NCBI GenBank assembly: GCA_951406725.2
Contig: OX597833.1
Location: 27,714,001 to 27,778,000, forward strand
DNA from: Octopus vulgaris
Taxonomy: Eukaryota
DNA length: 64,000 nt
Direction: 5' to 3'
Positions 1 to 13,735 of the stretch are shown here, piece after piece. The stretch's first letter is position 1. Each line of letters begins with the position of its first letter. Both the position numbers and the translations under genes were made by a program. The notes beneath the pieces are model-generated. The model was given only the letters and a program-made list of their open reading frames with translations, was not told the DNA's origin and did not search any database.

Positions 1-3
1 ATA

Positions 4-3000
4 ATGGACACAAACCGTAAAACAATTACAAATTATAAACAAAAAAAAAATGACTTTAGAACGAGCAACACAACACAACTAGAACTAATACTGAAACCGA
101 TTTGGAAAGATAAAACTTATGTGACACGGGGAAAACGATTCGGTACTGTAGAAATGCGCTTCGCAACGGAGGAAGAAGCAAGAAAACATTCCACAATGCC
201 ACTACTATCGGAAGACCTTATGCTCATGCCGAGGTATCTTGGTTGGCGCGTTACAAAAATTAAAGTTGGGGAGGCGCCTTCTGAAATAAATATATGCTGG
301 CTGGTAGCGGCTGTCCTCTATGATATAAGAGAACACTGCTACAACACTGGAGGTGCATAAATTGCACCAAGAAAATTGGACGGGTCAGGGATTAGAGCTT
401 CTTGCTCAAATTGAACAAGGGGCCCTAAATTCTATCCCTGACACCATACCAGACGGCACGAGACTACATGCAGCCGCGGAGGGCAGGTGGCCGAGATGCT
501 ACTTTTGTGGAAGTGATCAGCATCTCAAGGTGGACTGCCCCTATTACAAAGAAATGCGACGAAAGCTGCAAGCGACAGCAGAAGCGGAAGAACCTCCAGT
601 GCAGCCGCAACAACAACAGCAGCAGCAGAAACCAACCCCATCACTACCAGCAACAGCAACGCCGCCTCCATCAGTCAACAGGGCATCACCAGCACCAACA
701 ACACTGGATGGAATACCACCACCAGTCGGAGTACCACCACCAGCCGGAATACCACCACCAGTCGGGGTACCACCACCAGCCGGAGTAACACTACCAGCCG
801 AAGTACTACTACCATTCGGAGTACCTCCACCAGTCGGAGTACCACCACCAGCCGGAGTACCACCACCAGCCGGAGTAACACTACCAGCCGAAGTACTACC
901 ACCAGCCGGAGTACCACCACCAGTTGGAGTACCACCACCACCACCACCAGTCAGAGTACCACCACCAGTCGGAGTATCACCACCAGCAACATATAAACAT
1001 CAGCAAAGCGAATAAAACAACTCGGACTGTTCGAGTATTGAGGCCGAGAAGGGAGAGTGGCAAACTGTTCCCCCCAACAAAGGGGAAAAAAGACAGTAGA
1101 AGAAAAGAGGGTGAGGCACAAACAGGAGAAATTTCTCAACAGCCGCAACAGCACACACAACAACCAACAACAACAACATCACTACCACCACCAATACCGA
1201 CACAGTACACAGCACAGACTGCACTAACACCACCAACCTCACAGCCATTGACACCGACAACACACACCTTGTTAAATACATCAGAGAACACACAGACACC
1301 ACAATTGAAGACTTAGTCTTCCCACACGAGGCACCACCACCACACATACAAAATTTAAAACTGAAACAGGACACCTACAACACAAAAATTATTTTTCCAA
1401 ATGCTGTTGGGTCATTTCAGAAAACATTTTCGAAAAGACTGTACAAAATCCACGTAGAAACGCCCACAACAAAAGCCAGGGTGTCACCCTTGCCAGACAA
1501 CAATGGTAAGTAGAGCTCTTCTCCATCCTAAATTTATTTAACATGGTGATGCTCAGAATAGTTTGTATAAAATGTCAGGGGCCTCGGGTCACCTTAGAAA
1601 CAAGGTCACCTTTTAAATGACCTGAAGGCCCTTAGTTGCAGCTATTAGTGAATCCAGACGATCCTATCTACAGACCTCATCACCTTTTTCGGCGGATACG
1701 AAATTTTTCTATCTCCATATCGGTCGGTGGTGGTACTGTGGTGCTTTTCCGGAAGTGTCTGGATTTGAAAATAAAGGCGGTCTTTCTGGATCCAGAAGGT
1801 AAGTTGGTGGTCCTAGATGTGAGCAGCCGTGACGGCGGTGCTTTCAGACTGGAGGCTATCTATGCAGGGCGGTCTTATTACTTCAGGCGTCTGGAGGTTT
1901 TCCTCGGAACGTCTCGGGCTTTAGTATTAGTAGGGGATTGGAACGCTGTCTTAGATGAACGTTTCGATTGCGTGGGAGTATCTGATAGGAGAGGTGGAGT
2001 GCAAAATCCTCAAAAACCTGCTCACACAATTTCAATTGTCCGACAGGTACCGACTAGATTACCTGAATGTGTCAATGTGGACTTGGACAAACTGTATCGG
2101 GTCATCTAAATCGTATCTAGACAGGGTATTTTGTAGGCCAGCGAACAAGCATAGCATAGGGTGTCCATAATTTCACATAGTCAGCTACACAGACTACAAA
2201 TTTGTGATCTGAAAAGTCGACTTAGATAGGCTTCATAGACAGGGTCCGGTTACTGGAAGTTGAACACGTCGTTACCGGCGTGTCAAGATTACAGAGACCG
2301 GATTAGCGAATTAGTTAAGCGGGCATTGACGGGGGCACTCGTCAACAACAACTGGTTGTTTGAGCTTAAAAGGGCAATTAGAGTATAATCCATTAGGTTT
2401 AGCAAGGCATTAACGGTAGAGATGAATAGAATAGAGAGAGAATTAGTTAGAAAGTTAGATAAGGCGCTTAGGACAGGCATTGCAACTGACGTGTTGGCGG
2501 CGAGATTAGCCCTTGACCAATTTTTCGACTCCAACTCGGTACCTGGAGAGACAAGTCCATGACGCCCAACAGCGTGGTGGGACGCTGGACAGACGGTCAC
2601 GTTAAGTTGATTGGAGTCTGGTTTGGTTCGGACTTCCAAGTGGAGATCTGGGTCGAGGTGATGAGCAGGGTAGCCAATCTCACTCAGAAATGAGCCGAGA
2701 GGAAATTGTCCCTGAAAGGTCGAGCGGAGGTGGCGAATGCATACATCGCATCTATTACCGCTTGACTGTCGTTCCTTGCCCCGTTTATGGAAGGGCGCTC
2801 CATCTGCTGTCAACAGCCGCTGAATGGAGGGCTGGGCATGCCGTGGTTGCTGATGCGCAGATATGCGCTGAGGCTGCGGCTTCTACAGCGTTTCTTTGAC
2901 GGTGAGCAGGTGTGGTCACCGTTTGTAAGAGGCACTTTTCCATAGCTCGTCTCTTTGAATGAGCTGCAATCCTAGCTTAGGGCGTATACCGAGGAGGGGT

Positions 3001-3900
3001 ACTTGGCACCTCGAGTACCGTCAAGCGCTCACAGTCCTCCGCCAGGCAGACAATGCGGTGGGTAGTAGTTCCATTTTAGCGTTCTATAGAGGGTTAGTGA
3101 AGGGAAAGTGCAACGACGTTATCGGGGAAACTCTGAGCATCAATGAAGATCAACTAACCGGTCTGTTTCGGAGAACTTTCTGGCCTGGGCCTATGGATAA
3201 CTTCCAGAAATCCCTGCCTAACAGTGCTACCGAGTGTTCGGGATAAACTTTACAGGCACGGAAGTGCCGTCAGCCGGGCCTGCCCGAGGTACCACCAGAA
3301 TGATGAAACCGTTCTGCACGCCCTAGTCCTGTGCCTGAGTATTGTTGACCAGTGGGTTTATGTCGAACACCTGCTGTCGCGTTTAGGACGGATCCTGCTA
3401 TCAGCTGAATCCATTGTGAAGATTGCCACACCGTCCTCTTTTGGCCGGGAGGGGCAGGCAATTTTTATTTGCCTAGTGGCTGTAGCGTTTGAAAGAGCTA
3501 AAGAAAACACTTTCCTCTTTGGCCAAGCCCTCATCAACTTTTTCAAGTTTCACTTGCAAAGGAAGTTGAGGGTAGAGAGAAAAGTGTTGCCTTGTAGCAA
3601 GTTTGTTGAAAAGTAGGTGAATGTTGGAAGAATGGCCAGAGTGAAAGGAGCAATTCTGAGTGTGCCACTGTAAAAAAAAAGAAGAGCTCATGCCATAGCT
3701 TTTGTAGGTTTTTCCACGAAGACCTTAAACCGCCTTCCCTATTAGAGGTTTTAATTTGTTCAATTCTTTTTGTTATTACATTGTGTACACGCGAAAACCC
3801 ATTGTATCATCCTGTTTTTGTCTTTTATGTTGTCGTATGTCTTTTAATGTTTTGTATGTGAGCCCTTGTGGCTAATAAAAGAATTATTATTATTATTGTT
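4..3900 (+). mobile_element. Decayed non-LTR retrotransposon, L1/Tx1-like (ORF1 with CCHC knuckle and Pro-rich repeat; APE; RT core deleted; C-terminal CCHC; 3' UTR with (TAT)n tail)
   Basis: ORF1 knuckle CYFCGSDQHLKVDC at ~498-540. APE motifs LVLVGDWNAVL and SYLDRVF at 1920-2135. Post-RT VKLIGVWFG at ~2600 and GGLGMP at ~2826. CPR..NDETVLHALVLC at ~3280-3335. AATAAA at 3874 followed by (TAT)n/(TGT)n. Many stops and frameshifts. Confidence 0.85.
713..985 (+). repeat. 18-nt coding minisatellite (PPPVGV/PPPAGV units) in LINE ORF1
   Basis: Repeated ccaccaccagtcggagta / ccaccaccagccggagta units. Confidence 0.9.
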
Positions 3901-3914
3901 GTTGTTGTTGTTGA

Positions 3915-5030
3915 GACGGCGAGCTGGCAGAACCGTTAGCACGCCGGGCAAAATGCTTAGCGGTATTTTGTCTGCCGCTACGTTCTGAGTTCAAATTCCG
4001 CCGAGGTCGACTTTGCCTTTTATCCTTTCGGGGTCGATTAAATAAGTACCAGTTACGCATTGGGGTAGATATAATCGACTTAATCCGTTTCTCTGTCCTT
4101 GTTTGTCCTCTCTGAGTTTAGCCCCTTGTGGTATTTGCCTGTCTCTATGTTCTGAGTTCAAATTCCGCCGAGGTCAACTTTGCCTTTTATCCTTTCAGTG
4201 TCGATGAAATAAATGCCAGTTGAACACGGAAGTTGATATAATCGACTTACCTCTTCCACCCAAATTTCAGGTCTTGCGTCTCTAGTAGAGATGATTGGTG
4301 AACTAGCAGAATCGTTAGCACGCCGTGAAAACTGCCATCTTTATGTTCTGAGTTCAAATTCCGCCGGGGATCAACTTTACCTTTCATCCTTTCGGAATCG
4401 ATAAATTAAGTACCAGTGAAACACTGGGGTCGATGTAATTGACTAGCCTTCTCCCCCAAAATTTCATGGTTTGTGCCTTTAGTAAAAAGGATTATTGTTA
4501 TTGTTGTTGTTACTAAAGGAGGTGCGCTGACAGAATCGTTTGCACGCAGAACAAAATACTTAGCGGTATTTCGTCTGTCCTTACGTTCTGAGTTCAAATT
4601 CCGCCGGAGCCAACCATTCATCCTTTCGGGGTCGATAAATTAAGTACCAGTTACGCACTGGGGTCGATGTAATCGACTTAATCCGTTTGTCTGTCCTTGT
4701 TTGTCCTATCTGTGTTTAGCCTCTTGTGGGTAGTAAAGAAATAGGTATTTCGTCTGCCGTTATGTTCTGAGTTCAAATTCGGCCGAGGTCGACTTTGCCT
4801 TTTATCCTTTCGGGGTCGATTAAATAAGTACCAGTTACGCACTGGGGTCGATGTAATCGACTTAATCCGCTTGTCTGTCCGTGTTTGTCCCCTCTGTGTT
4901 TAGACCCTTGTGAGTTGTTACGTTCTGAGTTCAAATTCCGCCGAGGTCGAATTTGCCTTTTATCCTTTCGGGGTCGTTAATCCCTTTGTCTGTCCTTGTT
5001 TGTCCCCTTGTGGGCAATAAAGAAATAAGA
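3915..5030 (+). mobile_element. Tandem cluster of ~6 full or partial copies of a tRNA-derived SINE (family A)
   Basis: Recurrent gagctggcagaa(t/c)cgttagcacgcc head, gttctgagttcaaattccgccgaggtcgactttgcc (B-box-like GTTCAAAT) and tcctttcggggtcgataaattaagtaccagt body. Confidence 0.85.
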
Positions 5031-5455
5031 AGCTTGCTTCCCAGCAACTAGGTTCCGAGTTCAGTCCCGCAACGTGACACCTTTGGCAAGTGTTTTCTAC
5101 TATAGTCTCGAGCCGACCAAAGTTTTGTGAATGGAATTGGTTGACGGAAACTGAAAAAAGTCCGTCGTATATACGTATGCATGCATGTATATATGTGTGT
5201 GTGTGCGTGCGCGCGCGTGTTTGTGCGCGTGTCTTTGTGTCTGTTTGCCCCCTCTCATCGCTGCTTGACAACCGGTGCTCGTGTGTTTACGTCCCCATAA
5301 ACTAGCGATACAGCAAAAAAAATCGATAGAATAAGTACTAGATTTTAAAAAGAAAATAAGTAGCGTGGACGATACATTGATCTAAAAGTTCTTCAAGGCG
5401 ATGCCCCAGCATGGCCGCAGTCTAATGGCTGAAACAAGTAAAAGATAACAGATAA
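5030..5455 (+). mobile_element. tRNA-derived SINE family B, 5' truncated
   Basis: Homologous to 7033-7445: gttcagtccc..ggcaagtg..tctactatag..gccgaccaaag, internal (TG)n, 3' ccagcatggccgcag..gaaacaagtaaaaga. Confidence 0.85.
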
Positions 5456-5802
5456 TAGATACTCTGATTTGACTCAGATTAAATGACTAATAGTGATGTA
5501 ATTAATTATTTCTTCAAAGTCTCACAATGCTGTATATTAACGTTTGTAGCCATGTCTTTGGCGGTTTTTGGCAGTTTGAGTTAGGAAGGATTTGGACTAC
5601 GAACAAAAGACCGCTAAGGCTCGACTTTTAGATTTGGACCTTCTAGTCATTCAAGTACCTCGACTTTATTAGTATCAGCTTTTCTCAGTCTTTTGGTGGT
5701 GGCTGGCGCTCATAATGACAACGAATCGTTTGAACTTACATCTCAACGTCTTCTCGAAGTAAAACGCCTTGGACTGACTGCTTTAATGAAACACATACAC
5801 AC

Positions 5803-5854
<52 letters not shown>

Positions 5855-6078
5855 GTGTGAGTGTGTAGCCGAAATTGCGAGGATGATACGGTTCTTGACT
5901 GAAGATAAAAGGCTTCGAATGACCCGTCCGTGTTTTTTGTATTGTCTATCTGGATATTTTGTCGTCCCCTTTTGTATCATCTAGTTGTCCAGATGTTTTG
6001 CGTTCTTGTCCTATTTTGTATTCTATTTTATAAATATACATAAATATACATATATATACATTCACATATATGTATATT

Positions 6079-6207
<129 letters not shown>

Positions 6208-6320
6208 GCTACCTGCAAATATAAACTCAAAACAGCGTGATGAATACTCTCGTTTTTCCTACCCACACACACACATATATATATACACACATGTTTATGT
6301 ACACACACACATACACATAC

Positions 6321-6384
<64 letters not shown>

Positions 6385-7032
6385 TCTTTTTGTGTGTGTC
6401 TCTTATCGGTATCTCGGCATTTCTCATTCATTCCCTATCTCTCTTTTTCTCAATGTCACTTTTTCTCCCAGCCCCCCTCTCCCCCTCACTACCTGTGTTC
6501 ATCTGTCTCGGAAGATCAAAGGTCCGTAGTATCAGCATGTCACCAAGCACTCTTCAAATCATAATATTTACGGCAGGCGCCAATTCTCGCTCAACACGCA
6601 CAGACACAGCAGCCAAACACAAACATTACATATACAAACACGTACGCGCAGACAAACATGCGCACACGTACATATAAATACAGAGAGGCTCAGGAGCACA
6701 CATACTCGTAGAGACACAGACACTCTTGCATATCCATATACCTACAGACACACAGTCAGGTACATATACATAAGTAATGATTTTAAATTTGGGTATACAC
6801 CTTGTAGTCTGCCGTTTCAAACCCGTTCACTGTTTTCGGCTGTTATCAACAGTATAGGTATAGATTCCACTGGATTTATTCCAGGAACTCTTCCAATCCA
6901 TAGAGTTTATAAAATATGAGAGAAAGAAAATGGAAGTCACGAGACTCTTTATTATTCATTATGATTGTTTCGACCCATTGGTGACTGTGAATTCCAGTTT
7001 CTTTGTCTCATATTTTATACATATATACATAT

Positions 7033-7447
7033 AGGCGTAGGAGTGGCTGTGTGGTAAGTAGCTTACTTACAAGCCACATGGTTCCGGGTTCAGTCCCACT
7101 GCGTGGCACCTTGGGCAAGTGCCATCTACTATAGTCTCGGGCCAACCAAAGCCTTGTGAGTGGATTTGGTAGACGGAAACTGAAAGAAGCCGGTCGTATA
7201 TATGTATGATATATATGTATGTGTGTGTGTATATGTTTGTGTGTCTTTGTACCCGCCAACATCGCTTGATAACCGATGCTGGTGTGTTTACATCCCCGTA
7301 ACTTAGCGGTTCTGCAAAAGAGTTCGATAGAATACGTACTAGGCTTACAAAGAATAAGTCCTGGGGTTGATTTGCTCGACTAAAGGCGGTGCTCCAGCAT
7401 GGCCACAGTCACATGACTGAAACAAGTAAAAGAGTAATAGAGTAAAG
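7033..7447 (+). mobile_element. tRNA-derived SINE family B, full length
   Basis: A-box-like tggctgtgtggtaag, B-box-like gggttcagtccc, internal microsatellite, (aaagagta)-like tail. Other copies at 52441-52775 (+), 56780-57190 (-) and 57470-58170 (+). Confidence 0.88.
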
Positions 7448-8040
7448 CGTATAAGCAGACAAACGTGCTCGATCCAAGAAGGGTAATCTCAAGGTGGGTG
7501 GATCACATGCTAGAAATAGCAGCCAAATCTTCCTCGATTAAATTTGCCTCTTGGAAAAGGATGGTCACATTGAATTGTGTCATCCTAACGACATTACCCT
7601 TCTGAATAAAACAGATTGGTCATTGCTGAAATATCTTTGATCATATGTCTGCGCAATAAGAGCTGACCTGGGGTTAAATAAAAGCAGCAGGACATAAGCA
7701 CACGACAGAGGTTCGAGAAGTCACACACATATACAAGATACATACATGCACGCACGTACACACACACACGCGTTTTGAAGAAACTGGCTTGTGGATGTAT
7801 CAGTTCAAATATGTTTGCGTGGAGAAAATTCTCGGTTTAGGCAACGGTGTTAAAACACCAACAATCATTTCAGGATGTTCTCGATAAAACGATGAATGCA
7901 TTTCTGCCTACTTGGCTAATATCAGTATCGAGTATTACAAGAGAAGCAACTCTGATTTAACTTTGGAAGCCGTAACTTACTTATGGTGCAGATGCGGCAT
8001 TTCAGGCCTACACAAACAGGAACATACATAGATATACATG

Positions 8041-8513
8041 CCGTAAATCCTCGAGTATAATCCGCATTTCTTCCAAAAATTTAAAGGTCAAATTCCCTAG
8101 TGCGTATTATATACGAGGACAAAAATTATTTTCTAAGCATTGTTCGAATCTCTATTTGCTGTCCGGCAATGTTTATTCAGACGCATTTTGTGATGTCGGG
8201 CGCGAAAATACCTTAAATCATCCATAACTTGCAGTACGCAACATTTATTAAACGTTATTACTGTTATTTCTTTATTTTCTGCAAACAAAATGCACAAAAA
8301 TGCTACACGTTTGCATTATGTTATATATACAATAATAATAAAGGACGTTACCGTATACATTTTTACAGACCAAGGACGCTACATAGACCTCCTTGACTCA
8401 AGTTAGAGAAGGGGTGCGTATTATACACAAGGGTTATGTTTTCCAATGGCACAGCCCCCTAAAAATCCCCTGCGTATTATACTCAAGTGCGGACTATACT
8501 CGAGGATTTACGG
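8041..8513. mobile_element. MITE, Tc1/mariner-pogo type (CCGTA termini)
   Basis: 26-bp TIRs CCGTAAATCCTCGAGTATAATCCGCA / TGCGGACTATACTCGAGGATTTACGG (1 mismatch). Flanked by TG and TA, consistent with a TA TSD. Confidence 0.85.
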
Positions 8514-9019
8514 TACATGCACTCATTTAGAAACAGAAACTGGCCCGTACACACCAGTCTCTGGTCATTATTGCTTTACTTTCCTTTCTTTCCTTCTTCT
8601 TCCTCCTCCTCCGCCTTTACTTCTCTATCGCCTTCACGATTTCTTATCCCCCCTCTCTCTCTCTTCCTTTATTCTTTTACTCTACCTCTTTCTTCTTCTC
8701 CTCTTACTGCTTTCCCCCTCTTTCTCTTCTTGTTCCTTTCTTTATTCTTTTCTCTCTCTTATCCCATCCTCTAACTCTTCCTCTTCCACCTTCTCACTAT
8801 TAATACTACAACAGTTTCTCACCTCATACCGATGTTTTTCTTTCTACTACTATTGTCCTCCTCCTTCCACAATATATTTTCCTTCTCCTACCATCCCCCT
8901 CTCTCTAATCATTTCTCCACTTCTTTCTAACACTCATTCGAAACATATTACCAACAAATATGTTAAAGTGAATTCTAGGAAGCTGGAACAACATTCGTCA
9001 AGTTTAGATTGCTAATAGA

Positions 9020-9020
9020 C

Positions 9021-9065
<45 letters not shown>

Positions 9066-9340
9066 CACCATCATCATCATCGTCGTCGTTGTCGTCGTCA
9101 TCATCGTTGTCGTTGCTATCGTTGTCACCGTCAATATCTATGCCGTCGTCTTCCTTTTCTTTATTATCGACATTGCCATCATCACCATCATGATCGTTAA
9201 CTCCATCATCATGACAACCACTACTATCAGCAACTTTCATAATTAACACCATGATTATTACCATGATCACACCACAGCCACCATCACTCCATCACCACCA
9301 CCACTACTACCAATACCACTACCAACAACAACAAAACACC
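9020..9340. repeat. (CAT)n/(CGT)n/(CAC)n trinucleotide microsatellite complex
   Basis: Seen directly. Confidence 0.95.
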
Positions 9341-9994
9341 ACCACCATAGTCATCAAGTCCATCGAAACGATTACTCATGTTACAATGTTAATTTTTTAC
9401 TTGTTGGTGTATTCCATCAATCCCAAGATTTTGATCACGTTACACTGACGTCACAGTGGTTTCCGACCTCCATTAGCAGTACCCGGATGTCAACAGTCAA
9501 CTCACGCAAAAAACTGAGATCTAAAGACAGAGAGAGAGAAAGAAAGGAAATGATTGCAACATCAACATCAATTCAGATAAGGCTAAAATGGCGGGTAAAA
9601 AGAAGGTTGCATTCTGACGTGTGTCACATCAACAGCATCCGGGACCCTTCAACAGTCATCAGCAACATCCGGGGTTTTTCAACGGACATCAGTTGTAAAA
9701 ACATGGTTCATTTCAACAGTCGCTATCAAAATAAACTTGATGTTGATGGCTATTAACTGATGTTTATAATTACTGAAGATAAAACAACAGCAATAACAAC
9801 AACAACAACAGCAGCAACAACAACAAGAATGACGACAACAACGACAGTTACAAGAACAATGACAAAAATAAAAAAGAAATACTAAGAAAAAGAACCACCA
9901 ATGCAATAAAAGCAACAACAAAAATAGCAGCAACTACAACAACAGCAACAAAAACTGAAATACCATCAGCTACATCATCCATATGGTCAACAAC

Positions 9995-10185
9995 TGTAAA
10001 ACTTTTGGCGCAAGACTTGTATTTTGGGGAGTTGGTAAGTCGATTACAACGACCCAAGTGTGTGATTCGAAAGGATAAAAGACAAAGCTGACCTCGGCGG
10101 AATTTGAACTCGGAACGCAAGGATGAACGAAATGCGGCTAAGCATCTTGCTCGGCGTGCTAACGATTCCGCCAGCTCATCGCCTT
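9995..10185 (-). mobile_element. SINE family A copy
   Basis: Reverse complement of the family A head and body (gacctcggcggaatttgaactc..cggcgtgctaacgattccgccagctc). Confidence 0.8.
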
Positions 10186-10494
10186 AACACCTGTAATAAT
10201 AACGAAGAAAAAACAAGCGAAACAACTGAGAATAAAAGTCCTGAACAACAACGCCAAATCCAACGCGGACTAGAGTTTCAGATGACCAAAAAATGTGGTT
10301 TAATGAAAAGAACGGAACAGTGAAAGAGTTTATGGGGGAAGTTTTGATAGAGGTGTTATACAGCAATATTTAAAACCGTTTGCTAATACATAAATATATC
10401 CACTCTACTCACATGTACTGGGTGTTCATTTGAACTTCGTTTTTTTTTCAGATCATACTAGCTCCATCCCAAATGTGTACACATAAACATACAC

Positions 10495-10549
<55 letters not shown>

Positions 10550-10560
10550 CACACACACAC

Positions 10561-10606
<46 letters not shown>

Positions 10607-10966
10607 ACATACACACACACAAACAAACACACATACCTATGAATTTCAACATATGAATTTGGCGATGTCAGGAAAAAAAGATGCTAGGGGTAGAAATGAG
10701 CGGACATGACAGACGAATACGAACAGAAAAATTAGACAAATGCAATAACAGGAACGGGTAAGGTCTCTAGAACTGATGGTAAATAAAGACGAATTATGAG
10801 GAAAATGGGGGAAATGATATATAAGGAAGAAATGAATAGGCAAGAAAAGTAAAATTACGTCTTGCGACTCTGAAACAAGAATAAGCGGCGTGTGCATAAT
10901 AGATGTAGACAAACTCAATCCATCATCAGTGTTATCGACCAAATATCGCTAGATAATATGTATATA

Positions 10967-12147
10967 GCGCGGATTTTTTCAATTGCATGAACTAAAAGTC
11001 GGAGGGGGACGGGATAATCTACCTGCATCAATTTACTATAAAAGCGGCTAGTAATTTTATTCTTAGTGTAAGTTTTGATGAGTGCAGTTAGGTTTTAACA
11101 GGTATTTTTTCAAAGCCATAATGGAAGTGACAAAGGAACATATTCGGTATATTTTGCTTTATGAGTTCAGTAAAGGCCGTAACGCAACGGAAAGTGCGAG
11201 TAATATTAACGCAGTATATGAGAATCGGATAATAAGCGTAAGCCAGTGTCAACGGTGGTTCCAGAAATTTCGAGCCGGAAACTACATCCAAGAAGATGAG
11301 CCCTGTCCTGCAAGATCTGTAGGGCTCGACGAGGACGTCCTGCAGAAAATCCCACAGTAACTGTTGAGGAACTAGCAGAGAAGCTTGGATTTGGTCATTC
11401 AACCATTCATCGACACCTGCGTGGCATCGGAAAAGTCAGCAAACTATGTCAATGGGTTCGTCACAAGCTTTCCTAGTCTAATTGTGCGCAGAGAGTGAAT
11501 GCGCGCCCTTTGCAGTCACGTCTAATTAATGAACCTTTTTTGGTTCTCTATAAAAACGTCAAGCACCGAAGAGAGTGGGTACAGAAAGGAGAAGCACCGG
11601 CATCCCAAGTTAAAGAAGGACTTCACCCACGTAAGGTGTTATCTGTTTGGTGAGATATGAAAGGTTTAGTCCACTTTGAACTTTTAAACCGAAACAAAAC
11701 GATAACAAAAGAGACCTATTGCGAGCAGCTTGAGCGGTTTAGGTCAGCGTTAACAGAAAAGAAAAAACATCTTTGGTTTCAAGACGAAAGGTGTTCTCCC
11801 ATCGGGATAATGCTCGGCCACATACAGCGAGGATGCCATTTCAAGGCTGGAGCAGTTTGAATGAGTAATGCTACCCCAACCGCTATATTTACCGAACTTT
11901 GCCTCCATCTGATTATCATTTATTCCGCAGTCTTCAAAATCATTTGGACAGAAAAAATATGAATTCTGTAAACGAGGTCAGAACAGTATTGGAAGAGTAT
12001 TTTTGTTAGGGACAAGTGAATTTTGGAAGAGGGGACTTGCAAGTCATCCAGATAGATGGAAGAGTATTGTAGAAAATGAAGGAGAAATTATCTTAATTTT
12101 CCAAATTAAAAGTATAAAAAACGCATTATTTATGGGATTACACAATA
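10967..12147 (+). mobile_element. Mariner DNA transposon with transposase pseudogene
   Basis: MEVTKEHIRYILLYEF..QRWFQKFRAG HTH from 11121, WVRHKL (cf. WVPHEL), HxDNARPH-like and SDYHLF motifs. 3' TIR aaacgcattatttatgggattacacaata at ~12119-12147 followed by TA. Confidence 0.9.
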
Positions 12148-12169
12148 TATATATATATATTGTGTCATC

Positions 12170-12206
<37 letters not shown>

Positions 12207-12367
12207 TCCAAGAAAGTTAGGGGTTGTAGGTCCAACCCACTAAGGGATAATATCTATCCAATATACTATTGGTATAATACCCAATTATTAATACACAAGT
12301 GTTTTTATTGCATTGCAATATATCATACAGTTAATATGGTTGTTTCAATATTATTCTACACACACAC

Positions 12368-12441
<74 letters not shown>

Positions 12442-12869
12442 GTAACAAACACATTAATTAACATTTTCAATTATTTATGTTCTATTTACAATTATTTTTA
12501 CTTCATCTGTTTTCAATCAACCAGCCATAACCGAGACAATGAAATTCAAAATTGCTAACCAATTAGATTAAGCAAATGATTTAAATAATCTTTCCCCAAT
12601 CCTCGTAAGATTTAAACCACTAAAATATTAATAAATAACGAAAAGAAAGATCATTATATGTATGTATGTTATTAGAATTATCATTTTAATAAATAAATAA
12701 GTTAACATAAGATAAATAAATAAGTTAACATAAGATAAATAAATAAGTTTGAATGGTGGTGTCCCAGCATGGCCACAGCTCGTGAGCTGAAACTAGATAA
12801 AATAAAATAAACATTTTAATGTCCTAAAGATGATGAACCAACTATTGTTCTTCTCCATTTTCTTATTTG

Positions 12870-12901
<32 letters not shown>

Positions 12902-12905
<4 letters not shown>

Positions 12906-13735
12906 TATAATTAAGGGCTAAAGAGGGTTATTCTAAAGCCAATACACTGATTTATCCACTTATAATCTGTTTGCTACAGGAGAATTGAAACTGAAAACGG
13001 GCAACTAACCTTTAGAAAATTTAAATTTCGTTATCTCTATATTGAATCAATTTCGGAATTAATCTTATAAAAAAGATATATTCTTTCTTCAGTAGATCTT
13101 TCGATGGGATATAAATAAAATACTCACGTATGACCATGGAAAAAGCACAAGCTAAAAACATAACTACACTTGAGTACATCATTTATATCTAAAAATAAAA
13201 ATTCTTTGGTCAGCTTCAGAAACAACGTCTTGACCTTTCGCCGCTACAAATTGTAATGGTTACCGGTCCTCCCGTAGCAAGCAGCGAGTTTACTACTAGC
13301 AATATAGGATGAAGTCCCTTTCTCTATAGAAAAGGAATCCATCAGGAAGCGTGGGCAGTATATTTTTAAAAAACCGTTACGGTTGAAGTATAAACATCAT
13401 ATAATTAAGGGCTAAAGAGGGTTATTCTAAAGCCAATACACTGATTTATCCACTAATAATCTTTTTTATAAGATTAATTCCGAAATTGATTCAATATAGA
13501 GATAACGAAATTTAAATTTTCTAAAGGTTAGTTGCCCGTTTTCAGTTTCAATTCTCCTGTAGCAAACAGATTATAAGTGGATAAATCAGTGTATTGGCTT
13601 TAGAATAACCCTCTTTAGCCCTTAATTATATGATGTTTATACTTCAACCGTAACGGTTTTTTTAAATATACTGCCCACGCTTCCTGATGGATTCCTATTC
13701 TGTAGAGAAAGGAACTTCATCCTATATTGCTAGTA

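Noticed and set aside
3915-5030. Regularly recurring repeats suggestive of a CRISPR array
   Set aside because: Eukaryotic context, repeats of 100-200 bp, intervening parts homologous rather than unique, and no cas genes.
5890-5930. CTGAAGA..CGAAT
   Set aside because: Lacks GAAA and a pairing stem I.
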